Source: a virus | DNA length: 64,000 nt | Reading direction: 5' to 3' (one strand) | Virus record (IMG/VR): IMGVR_UViG_3300018080_000116 | Span: 64,001 to 128,000 of that record | Part shown: piece by piece, positions 26,828 through 35,375 of the stretch | How positions within the stretch are numbered: the first letter of the stretch is position 1 | How the letters are laid out: each line of letters opens with the position of its first letter | Translations under genes and position numbers: made by a program | The notes under the pieces: model-generated | Seen by the model: the letters and a program-made list of their open reading frames with translations, nothing else | Told to the model about the DNA's origin: nothing | Databases searched by the model: none

Positions 26828-27114
26828 ACCCGCAATGCAACCTTCTCTTCTTTGGTCAGTTTAGCAACACCGGACTTGTAAGCCGGGACCATGTGAGAGG
26901 GAATTATAGCATCAGGCGAGAGATGAAGGATAGGTGAACCTTTAGGGCAGCCTCTTAGTGTGCCGGGCGGGAAGCGAACGTGGACGGTCACACGGCCAGC
27001 CGTTATTACCTTATCAACCTCACCCTCTTTCCACTGAAGGTTGGTTTGGGTTGTCAGGTGATAAACACCCTTCTTAACAACCGTGACTTTCACGCCGGGC
27101 CTAATATGTGACAT
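26824..27114 (-). CDS. hypothetical protein (SH3-like)
   Basis: coupled ORF. Confidence 0.65.
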   Translation of the reverse strand: MSHIRPGVKVTVVKKGVYHLTTQTNLQWKEGEVDKVITAGRVTVHVRFPPGTLRGCPKGSPILHLSPDAIIPSHMVPAYKSGVAKLTKEEKVALRV

Positions 27115-27344
27115 CAGATGTATTCCTCGATGATCTTGAGAACAGCCTTGATGTCGTCACCAGCCAGATCCAGTGTGGTTTCGCCTATCAAGAACTGAGC
27201 TTCGTCGGGGAAATATTCTTCCCCGTCATCGGTTTGCAGGGGGCCGTAGTTGTCTCGGAACACCTTGTCAGCATGTTGAAGCTTCTCTTGGATTATCCTG
27301 ACAATAACAGGCGGCATGAATTTAGGCACGACGACCCCTTTCAT
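27114..27344 (-). CDS. hypothetical protein
   Basis: coupled ORF; start uncertain. Confidence 0.6.
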   Translation of the reverse strand: MKGVVVPKFMPPVIVRIIQEKLQHADKVFRDNYGPLQTDDGEEYFPDEAQFLIGETTLDLAGDDIKAVLKIIEEYI

Positions 27345-28176
27345 TCACGTTCACGGGTGGCATCAATTCCAGGCGGAACGTCTTCGTGTTGAGATACATG
27401 GGCACTTCTGGATGTGCGCCTTTCCAGCGATTCTTCAATACGCAGCATCGAAACACATGGGTATTCCAAGAAACGGGAGTGTGGTCATAACGCATTTGGA
27501 GAACAACCGAAGGCATGTAGGCCAGCGGGCGATAATCCACAGCCGCCACCCCGAACTCATCATTCAATTTTTGTGTTGTAATCGAAAGAACAATGGCACA
27601 ATCGTGATCGTATGCCATGCCAACCAGTTGATGCAGCGTGTCCATCCTGCGTTTGGCTCGATAGTTGTAGGGCGTCTCCCCAGTTTGATACCAATTTCGG
27701 AAAGGAAGGGTTCCGAAGCTCTCGTCGAAAAGGATGTCGTGATTGCCCAACGCCCGATGCCAATTAGACTCGACATCTTGAGGCATGTATGAGGCGGGCA
27801 GCAGAGAGTAATCACCAAAATAATCAGTGGGGTAATACCACAAGTGCCCCTCAAAAGGGAGCGTGTTGGCACCCCTGTGAGCCAACAGGTGGGCCGTGCC
27901 CTGTTCAGGCACAAATCCCGCAGAACTTTTCTTGGCGGCATTGAGTGCCATGGTTCGCATGAGAGCCGATTTGCCAGAACCGGCTTTGCCCATGACAACT
28001 GAGACGGTTCCTCGGCGAAGACCGCCTCCTAACGCCTCGTCGAGCATTGGAAATCCGGTTGTAATAAGCTGTTCATCCAGCTTGACGATCTTCTTTTTCT
28101 TTTCCGCCACCAGAAGCGTCGGTGCCGCCACAAACGTCCCGATCACTCCCAACATCTGCCGTCTGTTTAGATTCAT
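27322..28176 (-). CDS. Tat-signal + DnaB/RecA-like ATPase domain
   Basis: MNLNRRQMLG; TGFPMLDEALGGGL; Walker A GKAGSGKS; ILFDE; LKNRW. Confidence 0.75.
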   Translation of the reverse strand: MNLNRRQMLGVIGTFVAAPTLLVAEKKKKIVKLDEQLITTGFPMLDEALGGGLRRGTVSVVMGKAGSGKSALMRTMALNAAKKSSAGFVPEQGTAHLLAHRGANTLPFEGHLWYYPTDYFGDYSLLPASYMPQDVESNWHRALGNHDILFDESFGTLPFRNWYQTGETPYNYRAKRRMDTLHQLVGMAYDHDCAIVLSITTQKLNDEFGVAAVDYRPLAYMPSVVLQMRYDHTPVSWNTHVFRCCVLKNRWKGAHPEVPMYLNTKTFRLELMPPVNVNERGRRA

Positions 28177-28781
28177 TGCAAGTTCTCCCAGTGTGCTTCC
28201 ATGCGAAAGCTGCCCTTCTCGCACATGAAGTCCATGCGGTCAATGTAGGATCGAGGATGACCGCTCGCCCAATACCAATACGACGGGTAATCAACATGCG
28301 CCCACACATCGGCATCGGGAGAGCCATGAAGCGGACTGCCCTCCCATATGGCAAAGCCCCTCTGGCCCGACAGCCACAGGGTAGCATCTGGATTTTCTCG
28401 CAGATGATAGAAATTCCCCTTCCCCTCTTTCCACGCAGGCTTAAAGGCCATCATGTGGGAGATTGTGAAAGGGTGGGCCATGACCCACTTCACCGGGCCT
28501 TTTTCTTTCCAAATGATCTCGCACAAATGCCAGTAAAACCCTTCAATGCGTTCGTTCACCAACAGATGTTCGGACTTGACATTGCCGTAGTGTAAATGCT
28601 TGGGCGCATCATGCAGCATGTCGAACGTCCGCACATCATGCTGGGGAATATGTCCCGGTTCGGGTTCCAGGATCTTTACTTCGTGTCTTCCTGGCTTGAG
28701 GGGAAGAAAAGCAGAAGCAGGCAAGACCACTGCGGCTCCCGCCGCAGTGGTCATTTTCAAAAAGTCCCTTCGATTATGCAT
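28173..28781 (-). CDS. Tat-signal hypothetical protein
   Basis: MHNRRDFLKMTTAAGAAVVLP. Confidence 0.8.
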   Translation of the reverse strand: MHNRRDFLKMTTAAGAAVVLPASAFLPLKPGRHEVKILEPEPGHIPQHDVRTFDMLHDAPKHLHYGNVKSEHLLVNERIEGFYWHLCEIIWKEKGPVKWVMAHPFTISHMMAFKPAWKEGKGNFYHLRENPDATLWLSGQRGFAIWEGSPLHGSPDADVWAHVDYPSYWYWASGHPRSYIDRMDFMCEKGSFRMEAHWENLQ

Positions 28782-29283
28782 GGGGTCTCCTTTTTTGCTG
28801 TGCGGTCATAATGCAGACGTTGTTTTCCATGGCGACCCTTCTCCACATTTCCATTTCGGAGGGGAGTTCTCTCAAGTCAGAGAAAGACAGGGACTTCACG
28901 ACATCTCGCTTGGTCATGGGTTGACCAGCGATCAAAAGTCTGGCTTCGGGCCATGTGGCTTTTGCCACAGCAACCTTTGATACCAGATTGCGGGGCCCGT
29001 AGATGAACCAGACCTTCATGGGGTAGCTCATGTTCTCGTCGGCTTCGATGGAATCTTCTACCGCTCTCATAAAATCCCATTCCCGTTCTCGGTCTCTGAA
29101 GATCATTGGAACCCGAACGAGATCGGTTCCATCACCTTTGGCATCGATTTGACAATCATTGCTTTGTGTGGAAACGTAGTAGATTTCGCTCGCCTGTTTC
29201 ACTGGCGTGGCGAAAGAGAGGGGCAAGACCACTGCGGCTCCCGCCGCAGTGGTCGTTTTCAAAAAGTTTCTTCGGTTAATCAT
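28774..29283 (-). CDS. Tat-signal protein with DnaB-like C-terminal motif
   Basis: MINRRNFLKTTTAAGAAVVLP; AMENNVCIMTAQQKRR; GGAGG RBS. Confidence 0.75.
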   Translation of the reverse strand: MINRRNFLKTTTAAGAAVVLPLSFATPVKQASEIYYVSTQSNDCQIDAKGDGTDLVRVPMIFRDREREWDFMRAVEDSIEADENMSYPMKVWFIYGPRNLVSKVAVAKATWPEARLLIAGQPMTKRDVVKSLSFSDLRELPSEMEMWRRVAMENNVCIMTAQQKRRPHA

Positions 29284-29452
29284 TGTTTCCTCCAAACGAA
29301 TCCGGTTCGTTCACATCGAATGCCCGCCCGAGTCCACACGATTCTATCGCAGTTCTCAAAGGATCGCACGGTGTTTCTTTTAGATGGTGCGTCCTTGTGA
29401 GCCACATGAGGGTCGTATGCCCTCTGAACAGGCGGCGCTTGTCGTGGAGCAT

Positions 29453-29665
29453 TCATTTTCGAGGGTCCGGTAGAAGGTACATGGGCCACAAGATCGCCAG
29501 CCCGGCACATATCGCTGCTTTGCCCCAGTTGATACCGATGCCGGGCTCCCACCAGCGTCCGAATTTATGATCGGGCTGGGCAAACATCAAGATAAAGCTC
29601 GTGGTCCATCCAATCAAGTAGACTGTGAAGAGGGTAGAGATGATCCATCCGATGATTGCAATCAT
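29453..29665 (-). CDS. small two-TM membrane protein
   Basis: hydrophobic profile. Confidence 0.65.
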   Translation of the reverse strand: MIAIIGWIISTLFTVYLIGWTTSFILMFAQPDHKFGRWWEPGIGINWGKAAICAGLAILWPMYLLPDPRK

Positions 29666-29719
29666 GTTAATCTCAGTTTTGCAAAAAGGCTACCCCGATT
29701 TTGTAGGTCTTTTTGTCCA

Positions 29720-30082
29720 TCAGTCTTTTACCTCTCTATACAGGCTTTGTTTCAGCCGCTTCCACTGCCCGCCGATATTATTTGCGTGTATGGAATGAAG
29801 CCCCTGAAAAAGGTTGACGGTGCTATCAGTGCGAACGAACACGCACACTTGGGTTCCCCCTTCTTCTGTCCTCCACAAGTACCATTCCCCCAGATCGGTC
29901 GGACACCGAGACCAGTTTTCTCGATCTCGTTTTTCCTCAGCTTGGATCTGGATGTCCATCAAGAGGGATTCAGCGGCTTGCAGGGTGGCAAAGCTGCCAT
30001 CTGAATGGCGTATCTCTAGCGGATTCTCACACTCAACTGTCCACCCTTCGGACATCAATAGTTCGATCATATTGTCATCCAT
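29720..30082 (-). CDS. hypothetical protein
   Basis: GGAGG RBS before MDDNMIE. Confidence 0.65.
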   Translation of the reverse strand: MDDNMIELLMSEGWTVECENPLEIRHSDGSFATLQAAESLLMDIQIQAEEKRDRENWSRCPTDLGEWYLWRTEEGGTQVCVFVRTDSTVNLFQGLHSIHANNIGGQWKRLKQSLYREVKD

Positions 30083-30219
30083 TGTCATCCTCCGTAATGA
30101 AGTTGCTTTCCCACCCTTCATGGTACGTTCCGTTGGCATCGTAGCCCTTGACGTACCAGTCGGCGGCGTACATTCCGTAGTGCTCTTTGGTCCGGGATAC
30201 AACCCGGACGAGGACAACT

Positions 30220-30423
30220 TTAGTCGTTTGGCCCATGGCTTGCCACACCCCTTGTTTGGCGTTCCTGGATGACTTCCACCATCCGAATCCAATCCCATTG
30301 TAGGTTCGGGCTGCATCGGATCTCGGTGAACTTAATCATGGCTTCCTGATCGGAATCGGCCTCAAACCGTGTGTAGAGTTTTTCTGGGATGTCATGTCGG
30401 GCGTGATAGACTTCGTATTTCAT
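30220..30423 (-). CDS. hypothetical protein
   Basis: ATGA overlap. Confidence 0.65.
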   Translation of the reverse strand: MKYEVYHARHDIPEKLYTRFEADSDQEAMIKFTEIRCSPNLQWDWIRMVEVIQERQTRGVASHGPND

Positions 30424-30734
30424 GTTTTCTTGTGTCTTGTAATGTCGAGTAGGTACAGGAATAGAACAATAACGCCAAGGATCAAAGCCACTATGATGGC
30501 GGCTGCGAACAAAGTCCCAAGAAGGAGGGCAAAACCACCAATGATAGTCCCATCATTAAACTCCCACGCCAACTCCGGTGTCCCCCACAACCAGTTGAAG
30601 GCGGTTGTGGTGGGGCCGACTATTTGTCTCCAGCAGGAGAGCAGCAGCATGATTGGCTTGCCGAAGATGGCCAAGACAACGCATGTCATTGTCACATAAA
30701 CCAACAGTCGTCCGGTGGTGTATTGCTTCAACAT
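30420..30734 (-). CDS. membrane protein
   Basis: several hydrophobic segments. Confidence 0.6.
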   Translation of the reverse strand: MLKQYTTGRLLVYVTMTCVVLAIFGKPIMLLLSCWRQIVGPTTTAFNWLWGTPELAWEFNDGTIIGGFALLLGTLFAAAIIVALILGVIVLFLYLLDITRHKKT

Positions 30735-30973
30735 GACACAAATAAGGGTCCATTCGGTCCCACATATGCCCCAAGTGTGTTGAATTGAAAGTATTCAATG
30801 GCGTCTTCTTCGGTTGCGCCATCTTTCATGAGGATGTCAATGCATTTGATGCTGCTGTAGACGGCTCGACAGGGTTCACATGCGTTATGCGTAAACCCTA
30901 TGATGGCATCATCGAACCCATCGGCGAACAGGGCATCCTCATTTCTTTCTGCGATCTGTTCTTTTAGATTCAT
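30728..30973 (-). CDS. conserved phage hypothetical protein
   Basis: ADGFDDAIIG...AVYS..KCIDIL...EDAIEYFQFN..GAYVG motif. Confidence 0.75.
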   Translation of the reverse strand: MNLKEQIAERNEDALFADGFDDAIIGFTHNACEPCRAVYSSIKCIDILMKDGATEEDAIEYFQFNTLGAYVGPNGPLFVSC

Positions 30974-31016
30974 TCTTTTAATTTTGTTTTCTTTTCCCTA
31001 GTGCTTCCGATGGACA

Positions 31017-31050
31017 AACGCCCCGTGCCACCGGCACGGGGCGTTCTTTT
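31017..31050. terminator. stem-loop terminator (possibly bidirectional)
   Basis: AACGCCCCGTGCC/GGCACGGGGCGTT. Confidence 0.6.
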
Positions 31051-31073
31051 GATTGTGATTTAATCTGGCTTAT

Positions 31074-31307
31074 TTACCAAGCCAGTACGACGCCATCCCC
31101 TCGTCGGATAATCTCAAAGCCCATTGTCTTGAGAGCGGGCCAGATTTTTCCTTCTGCCATGCCTTTTGGGGGCAATGGGAGGGAGATGTTTCGCAGCGGA
31201 GAGATGAATCGGTTCCTTCCCGCTCGCTCAATTTCACGAGCCCTTAGGGTAATCTCGGAGACATACCGGCTGGCTTCCATTCCTTTTTCCTTGTTTGCCC
31301 CTGTCAC
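31074..31307 (-). CDS. hypothetical protein
   Basis: ORF track. Confidence 0.55.
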   Translation of the reverse strand: MTGANKEKGMEASRYVSEITLRAREIERAGRNRFISPLRNISLPLPPKGMAEGKIWPALKTMGFEIIRRGDGVVLAW

Positions 31308-31310
31308 GCC

Positions 31311-31772
31311 CTACTTCTTCACGACGTACTTGGTTCCTTCCACGACGATCCATTCCATGGTCCTGAGATCGACTTGACGCATTTGGGGACCGGTTTCGAC
31401 CAGTTCTTCCACCTGGGCGTAGCCCGTGTCGTTGGTGGCGAGGAATCGGCAGATCATGTTACGGTCGGAGCCGTCTTTCTTGACGAATTGGATCTGGATG
31501 GGTTTGTTGGGGCTATCCTTGAGGATGCCGATGATCTTGGTTCGGCTGAGGGTGACTTCTTCTTCAACGAAGTTGCCTGAGAACCCTTTTTGGATCAGTG
31601 GTTCGCCTTGGACGGTGAACATCTGGTCTTGTTCGATGTTCTTGACGACGAGGCACAGGTCTCCGTCTTTGTTTTTTACTTCCTCCACGATGGTGTAGAA
31701 GTGAAAGGCGACGACATCGCCTTTTTTGACTTTGGTGGGATCGAGTTCATTGATTACTTTGTCTTCGTTCAT
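31311..31772 (-). CDS. conserved phage hypothetical protein
   Basis: AAGGA RBS; QFVKKDGSDR...VDLRTMEWIVVEGTKY. Confidence 0.75.
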   Translation of the reverse strand: MNEDKVINELDPTKVKKGDVVAFHFYTIVEEVKNKDGDLCLVVKNIEQDQMFTVQGEPLIQKGFSGNFVEEEVTLSRTKIIGILKDSPNKPIQIQFVKKDGSDRNMICRFLATNDTGYAQVEELVETGPQMRQVDLRTMEWIVVEGTKYVVKK

Positions 31773-31791
31773 TGGTTTTCCTTTCTCCTTG

Positions 31792-32346
31792 TTAATCGGT
31801 AAGAGCGTTCAATTCTTCCGGCCATTTTGATTTTCCGCTTATCGCAATATCGGCCAGATCACCCAGGAGATCCCATTGGACGTTGAAGGTGTCACCTTCT
31901 CGGAGGTACGTGTCCAGTTCTCGGAAAGATCTCAACACCAGAGACTCTCCATCTGGAAAGGGGCTTTTTTTATAGAACAGTTGGAGGGACAGGCGGGACA
32001 CGTGAAAGAGAGAGTCACGGGCAACGAAGTGGCCCGTGACTCTGAAGGTTGCGTCTTCGTAGACGACTTTAGTGTCATCCAGGATGTAGCAAGCAGTTGC
32101 GGGCTTGCCGAGGTGGATCATTTGTCTTGAGCCGACCGAGCGTCTGCCCGTGATGTCCATGAAAGCCGTGAAGCTTTCGGCCAGTCGTTGTTTGGCGTCA
32201 TCGAGTGATGAGTGGGAGACGACGAGTCGATCTTTGGGCGGCTCGTCGATACCGAAGTTATCGTCAGTGAGCAGCGAAAAGGGGATGAATGCTGCGGATG
32301 CCCCAGCGGCGGCTGTTTTCAGGAAGTTCCTGCGGGTGTGCGACAT
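31792..32346 (-). CDS. Tat-signal protein, possible virion-structural-protein-like domain
   Basis: MSHTRRNFLKTAAAGASAAFIP; DATFRVTG...YLREGDTFNVQWD. Confidence 0.75.
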   Translation of the reverse strand: MSHTRRNFLKTAAAGASAAFIPFSLLTDDNFGIDEPPKDRLVVSHSSLDDAKQRLAESFTAFMDITGRRSVGSRQMIHLGKPATACYILDDTKVVYEDATFRVTGHFVARDSLFHVSRLSLQLFYKKSPFPDGESLVLRSFRELDTYLREGDTFNVQWDLLGDLADIAISGKSKWPEELNALTD

Positions 32347-32479
32347 TATTAACTCCGTCTAATAATGGAATCGGAGAAACGAAGAGCGACTGCGGCATCC
32401 TGCCGCAGTCGCTCTCTCCCCATGCGAGGCTTTACAATCCTTATGCCTCCCCTGCCACAACGTCCCATGTTGTGGACTT

Positions 32480-32884
32480 CTACTGGCTAGATCCTTCTGC
32501 CTCGTTTTCACCTTGGGGGTTGAGCAACTCTTCCTTGCTTCTCCATGCTTTGCGAAGTTCGATCTTACTCATCCCGGCCCATTTGTCAATACAGGTTTGG
32601 TGTTGCTCGTCGGTGAGTCGCCCTTCTTCTTTTGCGGTGTTGGCCCAAGCAGTCAGGCTTGTTTTGTATTGTTCCTTGGCCATTTCGTTGAAAACGATTT
32701 GCGTTGTTGTTTCCTGAAAGCCGGTGGGTGGGTGTGCGATGAATTCTTCACCGTCTGCGGCTTGGCCCATTTCGTCGATCTGGGCGAGATCATCATGGGG
32801 AGCTTCATCGGGCGCAATCTCGGGCTGGGGTTCTTGGCAGCCAACGAAGAGGACAAAGGCTAGGAGGGGCAGCAGGCGTTTCAT
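32480..32884 (-). CDS. lipoprotein
   Basis: MKRLLPLLAFVLFVG|C lipobox. Confidence 0.75.
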   Translation of the reverse strand: MKRLLPLLAFVLFVGCQEPQPEIAPDEAPHDDLAQIDEMGQAADGEEFIAHPPTGFQETTTQIVFNEMAKEQYKTSLTAWANTAKEEGRLTDEQHQTCIDKWAGMSKIELRKAWRSKEELLNPQGENEAEGSSQ

Positions 32885-33038
32885 TGGTTTTCCTTAGACA
32901 TCCGTGGGCTTGGAGGGTATTGATTACGTGGTCGGCGGCAGTATCAGTGTCCATGCCTGATACATCAATTTTGAGTCCTATGTCAATGGCGTTTCGGAGG
33001 GCGGCGATGATTTCGGCTCGGGCGGTTTCATACTGCAT
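32805..33038 (-). CDS. hypothetical protein
   Basis: ORF track; overlaps neighbours. Confidence 0.45.
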   Translation of the reverse strand: MQYETARAEIIAALRNAIDIGLKIDVSGMDTDTAADHVINTLQAHGCLRKTNETPAAPPSLCPLRWLPRTPARDCAR

Positions 33039-33382
33039 GATCTTTCACCATAATACATGTAAACATTTTCATAATACCAATCAATGGTGAACGCCAGGAA
33101 GACACAATGTTCCGGGCAGTTCTCTTTTATAGCTTCGGGCAGCGAGATGTATTTGCTGCGAAGAACGTCTTTGGTTTTGGTCTTTCCAAACCATCCCTCA
33201 ACCTCTTCTTGACACACAACGAAATCCTTCCACACGAGGATTTCGCCAGTCCCCTCGCCTGTGGCCACCTTTTTTTTGACGACGTAGACACGTTCGAGGC
33301 TAGTGATGTCGAACGAGACGAGGGCGGCGGCATTTTGGGCGGCTGTTGCTGCGGCGGGTTGTGGCACGGGTTTACCTAACAT
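32978..33382 (-). CDS. hypothetical protein
   Basis: start near stop of upstream gene. Confidence 0.55.
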   Translation of the reverse strand: MLGKPVPQPAAATAAQNAAALVSFDITSLERVYVVKKKVATGEGTGEILVWKDFVVCQEEVEGWFGKTKTKDVLRSKYISLPEAIKENCPEHCVFLAFTIDWYYENVYMYYGERSCSMKPPEPKSSPPSETPLT

Positions 33383-33660
33383 GTTTCTTGTTTGACTCGC
33401 TCCAGGTTGGCGAGCAGGTTGTATTTGATGACCCAATGCAGGTGCGGATTATAGATGATGTCGTGTCTAATTTGCAAGTAGTCTTTTTCGTCTTGGCAAG
33501 CCATAATCCTCTTGCAGAATTCGCCATCGAGTGCCTTGATACCGAGTGGTGTTTTACAGCAGAAAAAGAAGCTGCTGTTGAGAGGTGCTTGATCGACGTA
33601 GACGGCATCCATGCCGCCGCAGTCTTCAAGCGTGAAGGGCAGGTCCATCTGGATCAACAT
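33376..33660 (-). CDS. hypothetical protein
   Basis: start overlaps upstream stop. Confidence 0.55.
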   Translation of the reverse strand: MLIQMDLPFTLEDCGGMDAVYVDQAPLNSSFFFCCKTPLGIKALDGEFCKRIMACQDEKDYLQIRHDIIYNPHLHWVIKYNLLANLERVKQETC

Positions 33661-34223
33661 CCGTCTTGCACCTTTGAGATTGCGTGGACTCCAAGCAGTT
33701 TTACATTCTTTGACACGACAGTGACATATCGCTCTTCTTGGCAGGGGGTGACATCGAAAAGTTCTCTCTCGGTGTCGGCTTGAACGGCGGTGCGGAAGAC
33801 AATATCTTTGGGCATGCCTCTTTTGGGCAACACCAATTCCCTGAGTCGTCGGCCTTCGGGGGTGTCGAGGCATTGGATGTCGCAAATAACCCAATCCTCG
33901 TGGGTGTCGCAATCATGAAGAAACTCGAATTTTGTAGCAACGTGAGAGATTTCGCTGAGACGGATCTTACAATCTTTGGGCATGCCGATTTGGCCCCACA
34001 CGCCTTCTTTGGGAATTCGGTCAACCATTTCCTCGATGGCTTTCCGGGGGTAAATGTTCATGTTCTTGGTGGGGCGGTCAAGAACAAGCGTCCGGACGTG
34101 TACGAGTTTGTCGGGAGGTTTCGCCACGGCTTCAACGACCGGTGGCGTGTCCTCGAAAGAGATGGGGATCGCTGCGGCGGATGCGGCTGCCGCTGCCGTT
34201 TTCAAAAAACTCCTTCTATCCAT
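33654..34223 (-). CDS. Tat-signal + catalytically degenerate T4 gp21-type prohead protease paralog
   Basis: MDRRSFLK; [40 protein letters not shown] match gp21-family blocks. Confidence 0.65.
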   Translation of the reverse strand: MDRRSFLKTAAAAASAAAIPISFEDTPPVVEAVAKPPDKLVHVRTLVLDRPTKNMNIYPRKAIEEMVDRIPKEGVWGQIGMPKDCKIRLSEISHVATKFEFLHDCDTHEDWVICDIQCLDTPEGRRLRELVLPKRGMPKDIVFRTAVQADTERELFDVTPCQEERYVTVVSKNVKLLGVHAISKVQDGC

Positions 34224-34422
34224 CGTCTTCCCGGCCTCCTTGATCTGCCCGCTGGATTGCTTCCCAGACTTCCCTGCGGTGAACGCACTTCCACTCCTTG
34301 GGAGCGTTGATGCCGAGTCGGACTTTATCGCCTCGGATTTCAACGACCACGATGTCAATTACGTTGTCGGGATCGGGGCCAACAACAATGCTTTCATTTT
34401 TCTTTCTGGACAACACGAGCAT
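34216..34422 (-). CDS. csrA: carbon storage regulator CsrA
   Basis: [15 protein letters not shown]...[16 protein letters not shown]...VHRREV. Confidence 0.92.
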   Translation of the reverse strand: MLVLSRKKNESIVVGPDPDNVIDIVVVEIRGDKVRLGINAPKEWKCVHRREVWEAIQRADQGGREDDG

Positions 34423-34435
34423 GGGAATCTCCTTT

Positions 34436-35071
34436 TTAACAGAGTTCGTTAATGAGAGCGTCCTTCAGTTCTCCATCGAGCTTCAGGGGTTCGCCAAGGG
34501 GTTGGAAACCACACACATGAACGGCGTAGAATTCGTCAAGGGCAGCTTCGTCAAAACCACGGAAGCAATCAATCATTTCGCCGAAATACAAGTCCATCGT
34601 AAGCAGTTCCCAACCGCTCTTCGTGAACTGACTTCCAATAGATACTGGATGAACGTCGGCGAGACATTCTTGTCTGTTGTTGGCGAAGTCCCAGAGCGTT
34701 ACGATCCTGGAATCAACAACATAGTCCAGCTTTCCACCTTCTCGCTTAAACGGCGTGGGCTTCGACCAATCCCATAGATCTTGTGACAGAACTTTGGCGT
34801 CCTTGAGAGTGAAAGTCAGCCGCAATGATCCGACGAGGCCCCGTGCATCCCCATTGAAGCGCCGGTAAGTCCAAAAGAAATTGGGAATCCAATTGATGCC
34901 TTCGATGTGAAGTCCCAGTTGGTCGTCACGACCATAAACGTCGCCGTACTTGGTAATGGGTTTGGGTTTCGGCTTTGGAAGAACGGGTTCGTAAGAAATC
35001 AGCGGAGCCACAATCGGCAATGACAGAGCGGCGGCAGTGTTCCTCAAAAAGTCACGTCTTGTGGCGATCAT
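34436..35071 (-). CDS. Tat-signal + possible tail-tube (gp19-like) domain
   Basis: [10 protein letters not shown]; LTFTLKD...LWDW; IVTLWD...LADVHPVSI...LTMDLYF. Confidence 0.6.
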   Translation of the reverse strand: MIATRRDFLRNTAAALSLPIVAPLISYEPVLPKPKPKPITKYGDVYGRDDQLGLHIEGINWIPNFFWTYRRFNGDARGLVGSLRLTFTLKDAKVLSQDLWDWSKPTPFKREGGKLDYVVDSRIVTLWDFANNRQECLADVHPVSIGSQFTKSGWELLTMDLYFGEMIDCFRGFDEAALDEFYAVHVCGFQPLGEPLKLDGELKDALINELC

Positions 35072-35191
35072 CTTTCTTTCTCCTCTCATGGAACTTGGAA
35101 ACATCGAAATCAATTTTGACTCGATGGTTCTTGCGCAAAACAATCACTCCCGACCTGCGGTCGGAAGTGATTTTGATGACTTTCTTGTTTT

Positions 35192-35365
35192 TCATTGCCC
35201 CACGGCCTTAATCAGATCGGGCAGGCTTGAAGAGAAACCCGCAAGCAGGAAACCAACAAACAGGAACCAACCCCATCCTTCCTTTTCTTTCACGGCCAAG
35301 AAGGCGGCAACGATGAAGCAGGTGATGGACGGTAGTAGGGACAGGAATAAAACTAATAGGGCCAC
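35192..35365 (-). CDS. small two-TM protein
   Basis: TAAGGAG RBS + GTG start. Confidence 0.65.
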   Translation of the reverse strand: MALLVLFLSLLPSITCFIVAAFLAVKEKEGWGWFLFVGFLLAGFSSSLPDLIKAVGQ

Positions 35366-35375
35366 GATGTTCTCC

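Noticed and set aside
28720-29267. Diversity-generating retroelement TR/VR pair
   Set aside because: Only 46 bp with one mismatch, located at the 5' ends of genes, and no reverse transcriptase in the window.
29283-29570. 95-aa minus-strand ORF
   Set aside because: No clear RBS, it overlaps the 29453 membrane gene, and the composition is atypical; left unannotated.
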